From contig CAYNYK010000002.1 in NCBI GenBank assembly GCA_964401335.1, forward strand, positions 67,630 to 131,629: DNA of 64,000 nucleotides. The letters are read 5' to 3'. This DNA is from an uncultured Planctomycetales bacterium (lineage in GTDB: Bacteria > Planctomycetota > Phycisphaerae > UBA1845 > PWPN01). The notes below the pieces were generated by a model. It saw only the letters and a list, made by a program, of their open reading frames with translations, was not told where the DNA came from and ran no database searches. A program made the position numbers and the translations under genes. Of this stretch, positions 55,295 through 64,000 are shown piece after piece. The first letter of the stretch is position 1, and every line of letters starts with the position of its first letter.

Positions 55295-57798
55295 GGCGAC
55301 GTTTCCTTGATCGGGGCTGACCTTGGGCCTTGAGTAACAGTCCATTCCCGATCGAGGGCATCCAATCGTTTTCGCCAATTCGCTGATTCAATCGTTGGGC
55401 AGCGGAGGCGCAGCAAATGCAATAGTTTTTGCGCGTGGTCAAGTCGGCCGGCAAGCTGATGACATCGGATCAGGTGATACTGGGCCTCGAACCATCCGTC
55501 GGTGTTTTCCTTGACCCCTTGGGCAAGGATGCGCCACTGATCCAGAGCCCGATCGTATTGGCCCAGGGCTTCATAACCGTAACCGAGGCCCCGTAGGACA
55601 TCGCCGGCCTTTTCCAGGGGCAGAGGGTCCGGCACTTGTCGGAGTAGCCATTCATATTGCGCGAGGGCCTCGCGATCACGTCCGAGGCGGCGGAGATTTT
55701 GGGCCAGACGGCGACGCAGGGCGATTTCCTGGTCGCGGTTCGCGGAAACGGAAGCCTGACCCGCGTCTTCGAGCAGCGCGGTATATATGCGTACCAACGG
55801 TTCGGCCAGTAGCCGCGCACTGGTTTCATTTCCTTGGGCGATTCGCCGGTCATATTGACGTTCGAGAACATCAGCCATCATCGCCAGATACGGGCGCGCG
55901 GCCGCTCGGCTTCCCGACCGGCCCAGCAGGGTATCCAAGTTTTTATTGGCTGACTCGCCACGGCCGTCCAGCCATTGCATCGTCATGGTCAAAATCGTTC
56001 GTTGATCGGCGGCGTAATCCGGGTCATGCAACATCTTGAGCAAGGTTTCGCTATTGTTGATCAAGGCCTGAATAGCGGGCATATCGGGCCGAGCCGGCTC
56101 GAGATAGTGGGCCGCGGTCCGCAGGGCGGCATCTACCATACTCCGGGCCTCGGCGTAAGCGTCAGCAGGCAGATCGGTCGTCGCTGCAAGTGTGTAACGC
56201 TTAATCGCGGCAGCCGAGCGATTCAACAGATCAATCAGCGGTTGCTCATTTTCATTTTTAGCCTGTTTTATTTGGTCGTCGACCTGACGCAGAGCGATCA
56301 CCGCCAGTGCATATTGCGCCCGGCGATAGATGGGTGAATCGGATCGGACCTGATTGAGCACCTGCTCGGCCTCACGATAGCGGCCGGCCTCAAAGAAAAG
56401 GTTGGCCCGTTCCCAGGCAAACCGGCCGACGATCGGCTGATTGGCGAATTGTTTCTCCGCGTAATCAAGGAAGGCAAGAAAGGCCTCGGGCGATAAAGCG
56501 GGTTCGCTTTTGAGGGCCTTGGTCCCGGCCTCGAAAGCGTAGGTCAACAGCGTTTCGGAACGTCGATCGGAAGCGTGATGGCGAAGGAAATCGTCGGCCG
56601 ACCGATGCGCCGCGAGCCATTGTTGAAGATTCCAGGCCGCCGCCGCCCGCAAGTAACGCAGATCAGCGGCCAGCGTATCGCTTGCCGGTTGTTGTTGCGC
56701 GAGAAGGTTAAGGCCGCTTTCCGCCTGAGTAAGCGCATCCGCATAGCGCCCTTCACCGAAAGCTTTTCGGGCGACCTCCAGACAACGCAAGCTCTCGTTG
56801 CCCGCCTGACCGCCGGCGGCACGGATGATTTCACGCTGCCAGGATTCACCGTAAGGTTGCACCATGGCCGCCACCCGATCCAATCGCTCCCGATACCGGG
56901 CATGATAGGGATTACTTTTTGGATCACCGGCCAGAGCGGCCAGACTACGTGCCCATTCGACGGCCATGCCCAACTCGACTTCATCCAAACGCCGTTCAGC
57001 CGGACGTTCGCCGAAATACCGCTCGGCGGCCTCATGTAATTCACGGTAGCGGCGCATACGCAAGAAAGTCCTTAACCGAAGATAAGTCATGCGCTTGAAG
57101 GTCGTTTCCGGTGTGTTGGCCGGCGCGGCGGGCTGCAAAAGTTCAATCACCTGCCCATCGCGTCCCAGTTCATAGTAGCATAGGGCTTGACCTAAAAAAC
57201 AATCGGCGAGCACGGGATGGTCCCGGTACCCGCCGGAGGTAAACCTCGTGAAACGCTCGACGGCCTGCTCGAAATAGGCTGATCGGTTTGCCTCGTCGGC
57301 AAGCAGCCCCAGGTTGTAGGACACCCAGGCCATCGCGTAATGAGCGCGGGACACATAGCCGCTGGCCTCCTGGTACTTCTTGTTTTTCTCAAGCGTTTCG
57401 CGGTTTTGACGTAGTTCCATCTGGGCGGCTTGGGCATCCGCCTCGGTCGCCAGACGCTGATAAACGGCCAACGCCTGTTCCAGATGACGGGCGGCCTCGG
57501 TGCGGCGGGCGACTTGATTTTCATCGCGCTGCCAGGCCATCAGGCGGATGCGCCCGCGGGTACGCTCGAGGTCCGCGGCAAGAAAATCGAGTTCCATCCG
57601 TTCGAGCTTTCGTCGTGCGGATTTGTACTGTTCCTCGGCCTCGGACAGCTTCTTTTCCGCCAGCTCTTCGGTGGGAGCGGCGACGGCTTCCTCGAGCAGT
57701 CGCCCGATCATCCCGACGGTCGTCTCCTCGGCAAGCGTGGAAAAGGCGAACCCAAAGGCCGCGAACCAGGACACAAGCATGATCGTCCGGACCATCAT
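55291..57798 (-). CDS. Secreted TPR-like repeat protein (835 aa)
   Basis: Signal peptide MMVRTIMLVSWFAAFGFAFSTLAEE, then helical-repeat composition throughout. ATGA overlaps at both ends. Confidence 0.75.
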   Translation of the reverse strand: MMVRTIMLVSWFAAFGFAFSTLAEETTVGMIGRLLEEAVAAPTEELAEKKLSEAEEQYKSARRKLERMELDFLAADLERTRGRIRLMAWQRDENQVARRTEAARHLEQALAVYQRLATEADAQAAQMELRQNRETLEKNKKYQEASGYVSRAHYAMAWVSYNLGLLADEANRSAYFEQAVERFTRFTSGGYRDHPVLADCFLGQALCYYELGRDGQVIELLQPAAPANTPETTFKRMTYLRLRTFLRMRRYRELHEAAERYFGERPAERRLDEVELGMAVEWARSLAALAGDPKSNPYHARYRERLDRVAAMVQPYGESWQREIIRAAGGQAGNESLRCLEVARKAFGEGRYADALTQAESGLNLLAQQQPASDTLAADLRYLRAAAAWNLQQWLAAHRSADDFLRHHASDRRSETLLTYAFEAGTKALKSEPALSPEAFLAFLDYAEKQFANQPIVGRFAWERANLFFEAGRYREAEQVLNQVRSDSPIYRRAQYALAVIALRQVDDQIKQAKNENEQPLIDLLNRSAAAIKRYTLAATTDLPADAYAEARSMVDAALRTAAHYLEPARPDMPAIQALINNSETLLKMLHDPDYAADQRTILTMTMQWLDGRGESANKNLDTLLGRSGSRAAARPYLAMMADVLERQYDRRIAQGNETSARLLAEPLVRIYTALLEDAGQASVSANRDQEIALRRRLAQNLRRLGRDREALAQYEWLLRQVPDPLPLEKAGDVLRGLGYGYEALGQYDRALDQWRILAQGVKENTDGWFEAQYHLIRCHQLAGRLDHAQKLLHLLRLRCPTIESANWRKRLDALDREWTVTQGPRSAPIKETSP

Positions 57799-58229
57799 GG
57801 CGCATTTCCGAAACCGCGGGCGGAAAACGCCGCCCGGCGCAGGTCGGCCTGATAACAGGTATCCAAGGCGGCCACCATGTAACGAAAACGTACGCCCCGC
57901 CGGCCCTCGATTATTACCGGCAGATCGGCAATCCGTCGTCGAGCTTCAAGACGTTCGCGGAGCTGGGCAAAGCTCGCGCAAGGCTGGCCGTCGCAGCTCA
58001 CCAACACGCCATCGCCGGCCGACTGCACGACGATGCGCACCGGCTCGAATTCCTCCACCGCCATGCGCGGCCCGCCCACGCGCGGCAACGGGCTCGGCAG
58101 GTTGCGCTCCGGGGCCTTGAACGCCGACGTACACATGAAAAAGATCAAGAGCAGAAAGACCACGTCGATCATGGAGGCCATGTTCAACGTCGGCTTGCCC
58201 ACCTCACGTTTTTGATGCGTCAACCGCAT
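57795..58229 (-). CDS. exbD: ExbD/TolR-family biopolymer transport protein
   Basis: PTLNMASMIDVVFLLLIFFM TM signature followed by a periplasmic domain. Confidence 0.85.
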   Translation of the reverse strand: MRLTHQKREVGKPTLNMASMIDVVFLLLIFFMCTSAFKAPERNLPSPLPRVGGPRMAVEEFEPVRIVVQSAGDGVLVSCDGQPCASFAQLRERLEARRRIADLPVIIEGRRGVRFRYMVAALDTCYQADLRRAAFSARGFGNAP

Positions 58230-58325
58230 GGTACTCTCTTATCGCTTGGCTACGACTCCTCATGGTCGTCGATCACCGGCAAGATCCGCCGTTGTGGGGT
58301 GCCACACCCCATTGCCGATTCGGCG

Positions 58326-58757
58326 TCAATCCACCCGCGCGTTTTCCTCCGCTTCCAATACGGCGATTTTGACGCGGTCGATCCCGCCGGCCGCGCACAC
58401 GTTCATGACCGGCCCGACCTTTTCCCAGGGCGTATCCCGATCCACCCGCAACAGGACGGACAGTTCGCCAAGGTTCGTCCGATCTTTTTCGGTGGCCAGA
58501 AGCCGCCGAAGCGTGGTCACGTTTTGATTATGTCCGTGGGCGATGATCCGTCCGTCGGGATGCACGTTGATCGTCAACTGGCGAACGGGGCCGGAGGCTT
58601 CCCCTCGGACGGCCTCGGGCAAGGTCAGCTTTTCGACCTCGACGCGGGAAATCTGCGAAACGGTCATAAAGAAAATAATGAGCAGAAATATCACGTCGAT
58701 CAACGGGGCCACGTTGATCTCGCAACCGTAGGAACGTATGACCTTGTGCAGACGCAT
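58326..58757 (-). CDS. exbD: ExbD/TolR-family biopolymer transport protein
   Basis: INVAPLIDVIFLLIIFFM signature. Second paralog. Confidence 0.85.
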   Translation of the reverse strand: MRLHKVIRSYGCEINVAPLIDVIFLLIIFFMTVSQISRVEVEKLTLPEAVRGEASGPVRQLTINVHPDGRIIAHGHNQNVTTLRRLLATEKDRTNLGELSVLLRVDRDTPWEKVGPVMNVCAAGGIDRVKIAVLEAEENARVD

Positions 58758-58770
58758 GGCGGTCTCCGGT

Positions 58771-59541
58771 TTACGCCGTCCCCTTGCGGAATCGTCCGGT
58801 CAGCTTCTCGACGATGACCTCGGCCTCGGCCACGTAGCCGTCGATCCGGTTACGAAAGAAAGACACAAAGAACATCGTGGGAATGGCCACCACCAGCCCC
58901 ATGCAGGTGGTCACCAGCGCCTCGGATATCCCCTGAGCAAGGTCGGACGGCCGGGCCATCCCCTCGGTCATCGAAATCTTGTTAAAGGAGCGGATCATCC
59001 CCGTCACCGTACCCAGCAGACCGAGCATCGGGGCGGTCGCGGCGATGAAGGAAAGATAATCCAATTTGCGATAGAGTTTGGACAATTGGCGTTCGCTCAC
59101 CTCCTGCATGGAATTCTGCATATCGAAGAAGCCGAACATCGAGCCGATCTGGTTGAGGCCTGCGCCAACCACCAAAGCCAGAAACGAACCGTCCTCGGCG
59201 CAATCCTGCTGGGCCTGGGAATAATCCTTTTTGTGCAGATGTTCCTCCAGCCGCTGGATCAGTTCCGTGGGGAGCAGTTCCTCGCGGCGAATGGAAATGA
59301 AATGCTCGACGATCAGGGCCACGGAGACCAGGGACATCAGGATGATGATGTAACCCACCACGCCGCCGTCATGAATCGTGCTCATCAGGGTGATCGACCG
59401 GACCTCGGCCGTTTGACTCGTCGCCCCGCTTTCAGGCTGAGCGCGGGCACCGGCCGCCACCACGTAGATCACCACCAGGCCGACGGCAAGCATGAACCAT
59501 AGTTTGAAATGACTGAACGGTTGTTGATACTCGGAGCGCAT
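58771..59541 (-). CDS. exbB: MotA/TolQ/ExbB proton-channel protein
   Basis: 256 aa. The C-terminal block IAATAPMLGLLGTVTGMIRSF...GISEALVTTCMGLVVAIP is typical of ExbB/TolQ. Confidence 0.88.
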   Translation of the reverse strand: MRSEYQQPFSHFKLWFMLAVGLVVIYVVAAGARAQPESGATSQTAEVRSITLMSTIHDGGVVGYIIILMSLVSVALIVEHFISIRREELLPTELIQRLEEHLHKKDYSQAQQDCAEDGSFLALVVGAGLNQIGSMFGFFDMQNSMQEVSERQLSKLYRKLDYLSFIAATAPMLGLLGTVTGMIRSFNKISMTEGMARPSDLAQGISEALVTTCMGLVVAIPTMFFVSFFRNRIDGYVAEAEVIVEKLTGRFRKGTA

Positions 59542-59565
59542 GGACGAAACTCCTGAAAAACAATT

Positions 59566-60687
59566 TTAACGGGGCCCACCTCGGCCGGGCGGAGCCAGTC
59601 CGGCGTCGGCCGGGGACACGAAACGGTAAATGCCACGATTTTCCTCGGCGATCCGCTTGAGTATGGGTTCACCGATATTTTCAAAAAAGGCGATGGTATG
59701 GACCACGACCCGGGCACCGGGATTGGCGGCCCGGATGACCTCGCAAGCACTTTCGTCGAAAAGCCCGTCGGACAGCAGCCAGATCGCATCGGGCTGGAGC
59801 GACAAAGCCAACAACATCGCGGAGCGCGGGTCCGTGCCGCCGGAGGGCAGGGCGCTCTGATTAACCCATTCGATCAGGTTGCGCTTGTTGGGCTCGGTGG
59901 CCTTGACGGGTTTGTCGCCGGGCATGGGTCGATGCTGGTCATTAAAAAAGATAATGAAAAACTTCTTTTCCCGATCGAGGGCGGTCAGCGAGCGGATCAA
60001 TTCATCAGTCGCCGCCCGTATCTTGTCGCCGGTCATGCTCCCGGAATAATCCACAACATAGACAAAGGTACTACCTCGGGCGGTAATGCCGAAGAAGCTG
60101 GCCGTCCCCCCGCCTTCTCCGCCGCCGCTGCCGGCAAACGCCGACCAGTCGGTCGTGGACTGAGCGGATGAGTCACCCATCATCAGATCAACGCCCAGCA
60201 GTTTTTCGCCGGCCGATGCCTCAAGAGAACCCAGACTGAGTTCGAGAATCGGCTCGGCCACGGCGGCTTGCCGATCATCGGCCAAAGCCAACTCCGGCCT
60301 TTCCGCCTGAAAACCGGAAAGATCGGCTCGGCCGGTCTCGATGTTCGTCCCCGGCGGCTCGATAACGATGCCCACTTCTTTCTCGCCGCCCCCCATGCCC
60401 AGACCGGAAAACCAGGTGGCTCCCGCAAACAAGGTCAGCAACAGAATATGAAAAGCCAAGGATGCGGACCAGCCAATGGTAGTGGCCACGCGATGCGGGC
60501 GTTCGGGGTACTCGATAGTGGCAAGGCCTTCGCCCGCCGCCGGTTGAATCGTTGATCCACAACCCGGGCATTTGACCGGCATACCGACAAATCGGTCGGC
60601 CAGCCGGATGGCCTTACCGCACTGTCGGCAGTGGCGGCGGAGTGGACGCGGCGGTTCGTTGCCGGTTGATTGAGGTTGGGCGGCCAT
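59566..60687 (-). CDS. Zinc-ribbon / single-TM / periplasmic von Willebrand factor A (vWA) domain protein
   Basis: CRQCGKAI...CPGCGS ribbon. TM helix GWSASLAFHILLLTLFAGATWF. vWA domain with MIDAS residues DYSGS, GGTD and LLSDG. ATG at 60687 preferred. Confidence 0.8.
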   Translation of the reverse strand: MAAQPQSTGNEPPRPLRRHCRQCGKAIRLADRFVGMPVKCPGCGSTIQPAAGEGLATIEYPERPHRVATTIGWSASLAFHILLLTLFAGATWFSGLGMGGGEKEVGIVIEPPGTNIETGRADLSGFQAERPELALADDRQAAVAEPILELSLGSLEASAGEKLLGVDLMMGDSSAQSTTDWSAFAGSGGGEGGGTASFFGITARGSTFVYVVDYSGSMTGDKIRAATDELIRSLTALDREKKFFIIFFNDQHRPMPGDKPVKATEPNKRNLIEWVNQSALPSGGTDPRSAMLLALSLQPDAIWLLSDGLFDESACEVIRAANPGARVVVHTIAFFENIGEPILKRIAEENRGIYRFVSPADAGLAPPGRGGPR

Positions 60688-61045
60688 GATGATATCCCCT
60701 ATCACCCAATGTATTTATCGACGGCACCGGATTTCGGCAAGTATTGACCTATATCTTATACCCCGCATCTTTCGAGTCATAGATATCCGGCCTATCCAAA
60801 CCGGCCTTTATGCGCCGGCGTCATTCGGACCGATTGTTTGAGGCGGCAGGCCGCGCAGTGCTGAGCTCAGGCAGGTTGGCCTGGAGTGATTTAACTTCCC
60901 TACGTCCATTATTATATCCTTCTCCTTGTTAAACTCAACAAACTTCATATCATTTCTCGCGGTGATTTGTCTCATGGAGTCACGGGAGCCGAGCGATTCA
61001 ACGGACCCCGGCGGAGGCGTGTTGGCCATAAGAAGGAGGAATACT

Positions 61046-61432
61046 GTGAAAATTTCGTTATCCAAAGTGGCGTGGTTCTCGTTACTATCCTTGGCCTTGC
61101 TGGCGGCAGGTTGCGCCCGCCCGCGCTATGTCCATGCCGTCTTTTTCAGCTTCAAGGAGGGTACGCCGCCCTGCGAAATGGATGCGCTGGCCGCCGACAG
61201 CATCGAGCACCTGTCGAAAATCCCCTCCGTGAGGAGGATCGAAAGTGGGCGGCGCGACGAGCGGGCCGTCCGGGATGTTAATGTGACCGACTATGATATC
61301 GGTTTGGTGGTCTACTTTGACGACAAGGCCGGCTACGACGAGTATGAAAAGCACCCCATCCACGAGGAGTATGTGCAAAAGTATCGGTCAAGCTGGGCCA
61401 AAGTACGCGTGTTTGATTTCGTGGCGAAGTAG
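61046..61432 (+). CDS. Dabb (stress-responsive alpha/beta-barrel) domain lipoprotein
   Basis: AGGAGG RBS, then GTG at 61046. Lipobox LLAAGC. YVHAVFFSFKEG...HLSKIPSVRRIESG...HPIHEEYV is the Dabb pattern. Confidence 0.8.
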   Translation: MKISLSKVAWFSLLSLALLAAGCARPRYVHAVFFSFKEGTPPCEMDALAADSIEHLSKIPSVRRIESGRRDERAVRDVNVTDYDIGLVVYFDDKAGYDEYEKHPIHEEYVQKYRSSWAKVRVFDFVAK

Positions 61433-61444
61433 CCGTCACAAAGC

Positions 61445-63997
61445 CTACAGCGGATCGCCCTGACAGATAAGCGTAACCCGGGCCCGGACGGCGAGGTCGG
61501 TCGGCCCGTCGCAGGTAAAGATGATCGGGTTGGCGCCCGGTTGAACCTGCGGCGGATCACCTTGCGGCTGAATCTCCGCGACCAATTCGCCGGCCGCGTT
61601 GTACAGCTTGCAGTCCGTCGGCGAGGCGTATTCCAGATAGCCGCCGGTTTCCATCTCGACCGGGAAGGTGATTTTCTTTCCGCCAATGGTCAACGCGGGG
61701 TTCTTGATCTTGATCTTCACCAAGGGCATGGCCTTGATCGGGCTGAGGTAACAGGCCACTTGCCCATCCGTCGGCAGATTGTTGTACCAGAGCGAAAGCG
61801 TTTTCAGGTTCGCGTAATCGACATTCTCCCGGAGGCTGGCGTAGGGGCCGCCATAAGGCCATTGATAGTCGGCGTAGCGATCGCCCTCCATCTCGATGAG
61901 CTCGAAATAACGCCAACCGGTAAAATCCACGTTCACGTAATGGTCTCCGATGCCGCGGGTGGTGAACTCCTCCGGACTACGAACTTGCACGTTAAGCACC
62001 TCGCCGCGCCCGTCGCCGTGGACCCAGACACCCAAGGCTTGCTTTTCCTTAATGTTGACCAGCGGATCGAAGGTGAGGCCCGCCTTGGCCCAGGCCGCCG
62101 TGGGTTTCACCTTCGCTTCGTTGGCGGCGGTGAACAGGCCGCTGCCTGAACCCGTCTTGACCTGTTCGGTGCTGCGTTGCAGATCGCTGTTGACGCCCAG
62201 CACGTTTCCACGATCGGCGAAACGGGACGGTTCAGCAAAATCCGTGAGGACAATATTCGTTTCCGCGTCATAGGGGCCGGCCGAATAAAGGGCCTCGATG
62301 CGAATTTTAGGGGGTTGGGCGGCGTAAGTATTATTGATTGACCAAGCGTCACTCCAACCATCGATACCCTGGACCTTGTGCTTGATAACCTCGACAGGTC
62401 GCAAACGCCATGCGCCGTCGTCCTGCTGTTGCAGGGTAAATTCGCGTCTGGGCTCGGCCAGTTTGGCCTTGATCGAGGCGTCAAAATAATTCTTGTGACG
62501 AAGGGTCTCGTATTGACGCATGATCCCGGAAAGTCGCCGCACCGCGGCGTTTGTTTTGATCTTGGCCGGATCTACTCCCATGATCGACAAGCCGACATCC
62601 GTGCCGATGCACTTGCCGCACAGATATTCGATGTCATCGCTGAAAGTCGGCTCGTCCTGTATATTCTCGAAGGTCTTGAACGCCCACCAGCCCAGGTGAC
62701 CGGGCATGAACTGACGTTTCAGAGCGGCGTTGGCTTGGCAGTGCATATCGACGAAACGCTTGTGCCCGCGATTCGGATGGTCCCAGGCCCCCATGCGTGA
62801 GCGCACATACCACAGGTGATGATGGAAGGTGCTCATTTCGAAGACGGCCGGTTTTTTCAGCCGCTTGCAGATCTCGAAAACAAATTTGGAACCGTAATGC
62901 CAACCATTTTCCCCTCCGCCAACGATGTCTTCGCCATCGAGGGCGTCGAGGTAGATCATGTCGAATCCGCAGGTGTTGTAGGCCTCGGCCGTGCAGGCCG
63001 CCACTTCAGCGTACAAGGTTGAATCACCGTCAGGTACGAAGAGTCCGAAACACTCCTTGAGGTGATGGACCTTGGCCCCGGCGGCATGCGCGGCGGGCGT
63101 GGTGCCCCATGCCCCGCGCTGGCATTGGTTGAACGCATAGGGCGGGGTTTTCGATAGACCGCTGTAGGTAATCAATTCGTTATCAATTTGGACGGTCACG
63201 CTGTTGCGAATAAAGAAATCGGTCACCGTGGACATGTTCTCAGTGGATTCGAGCACCCGGACGGTGGCTTCCTTTTCGTCCAGCGGCAGTTCCAGAGTGA
63301 ACGTAGCGTCCTTGGCCAGTCGCGGGTCGGGCACGGGCGTGACCCATTTCGAGCGTTTGTCGATAAAGAAAGCGTAGGTGTGCAGACCGGCGGCAATGCC
63401 GGCAGCGTGCAGTCGATCGATCACCGCCCGCAGGCTGTCCAGCCCGCGCGGATAAGTCTTCGGGTTCGGCACAATGTCACCGAAGCGGAAGGATACGCCA
63501 CCGTGAAAATCGATCTGGTTGATACCCAGTTCCTTGGCCAGGCTTATCCATTCGTCTACGGTCTCCTCGGACATATCCCCAAAATTGAACAGATACGATC
63601 CGCGATTGATCGGCGCGTCGAGGGCCCAGGGCCCGCCGAGTTGCGTTTGCGGCAGTTCCGGCGCGGCCTCGATGCTTTCTTTCATCACCACCCGAAGCAT
63701 TTCCGAGGAGCAGGTAAGCAAAGCGACCTTCGCCCCACGAAAACCAAAACGTGGGTAGCAGAACGCCCGTAGCCGCTGACTTGGCGAAGGGATTTCATGG
63801 ACGTTGGTTTGCAGGTTGAGGGCCAGGGCACAGGCCGCGAATGATTCGTCCGGCGTTCCCTTGAGAGTCAGCGGAATATCGACCAGGGTGAAGCACTCGA
63901 CCTGCTCACCTTCAAGGGAAACCACCTCGACGGTGAAATAGCGTTTCTCCGCGACGGGCTTGAGGACGGCGACGGCCGGGGTATGATCGAATTCCAC
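61445..63997 (-). CDS. Large hypothetical protein, possibly glycoside-hydrolase-like (5' end may lie beyond the window)
   Basis: 850-aa ORF open to the window edge. The central segment GINQIDFHGGVSFRFGD...LHAAGIAAGLHTYAFF...MIYLDALDGED looks like a TIM-barrel glycosidase. I can assign no family. Confidence 0.7.
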   Translation of the reverse strand: MEFDHTPAVAVLKPVAEKRYFTVEVVSLEGEQVECFTLVDIPLTLKGTPDESFAACALALNLQTNVHEIPSPSQRLRAFCYPRFGFRGAKVALLTCSSEMLRVVMKESIEAAPELPQTQLGGPWALDAPINRGSYLFNFGDMSEETVDEWISLAKELGINQIDFHGGVSFRFGDIVPNPKTYPRGLDSLRAVIDRLHAAGIAAGLHTYAFFIDKRSKWVTPVPDPRLAKDATFTLELPLDEKEATVRVLESTENMSTVTDFFIRNSVTVQIDNELITYSGLSKTPPYAFNQCQRGAWGTTPAAHAAGAKVHHLKECFGLFVPDGDSTLYAEVAACTAEAYNTCGFDMIYLDALDGEDIVGGGENGWHYGSKFVFEICKRLKKPAVFEMSTFHHHLWYVRSRMGAWDHPNRGHKRFVDMHCQANAALKRQFMPGHLGWWAFKTFENIQDEPTFSDDIEYLCGKCIGTDVGLSIMGVDPAKIKTNAAVRRLSGIMRQYETLRHKNYFDASIKAKLAEPRREFTLQQQDDGAWRLRPVEVIKHKVQGIDGWSDAWSINNTYAAQPPKIRIEALYSAGPYDAETNIVLTDFAEPSRFADRGNVLGVNSDLQRSTEQVKTGSGSGLFTAANEAKVKPTAAWAKAGLTFDPLVNIKEKQALGVWVHGDGRGEVLNVQVRSPEEFTTRGIGDHYVNVDFTGWRYFELIEMEGDRYADYQWPYGGPYASLRENVDYANLKTLSLWYNNLPTDGQVACYLSPIKAMPLVKIKIKNPALTIGGKKITFPVEMETGGYLEYASPTDCKLYNAAGELVAEIQPQGDPPQVQPGANPIIFTCDGPTDLAVRARVTLICQGDPL

Positions 63998-64000
63998 CTT

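Overview
This is a high-GC bacterial chromosomal segment, densely coding on both strands. I recognised no rRNA, tRNA, CRISPR array, transposase or integrase. The gene content suggests a Planctomycetota-like genome: a small basic protein family, many TPR, PilZ and zinc-ribbon membrane proteins, DUF763, and a HAAS-PadR pair. That assignment is inference only. The window opens with a minus-strand dcw cell-wall cluster: mraZ, a 706-bp spacer, rsmH, a LysM protein, an ftsL-like gene, ftsI, murE and murF. Housekeeping and accessory genes follow: an aminotransferase, an esterase-PKD lipoprotein, SRPBCC, larB, a MazEF-like pair, and nnrD with DUF763. Four loci look most worth following up. (1) Three adjacent PilZ genes carrying four intact c-di-GMP-binding motifs sit divergent from a lipoprotein plus an orphan FHA-GspE/PilB-type ATPase (18.9-24.2 kb). 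(2) An orphan rnfC/rnfD-like pair has rnfC interrupted in frame by a palindrome-containing 27/36-nt tandem repeat and carries a degenerate nucleotide-binding motif (24.8-27.6 kb). (3) A small islet combines a near-consensus promoter, a 74-aa acidic ORF, a hairpin array and a toxin-first RelE/ParE pair (45.0-46.4 kb). (4) A seven-gene, translationally coupled operon encodes a zinc-ribbon/vWA protein, ExbB, two ExbD copies, a TPR protein, a J-like membrane protein and a secreted DnaJ-type zinc-finger protein, with no TonB visible (51.8-60.7 kb). I consider this operon the best candidate for an undescribed envelope system. Four short tandem-repeat loci are also present. All functional calls come from reading motifs in the supplied translations and from recalled family knowledge. 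No database search was run.
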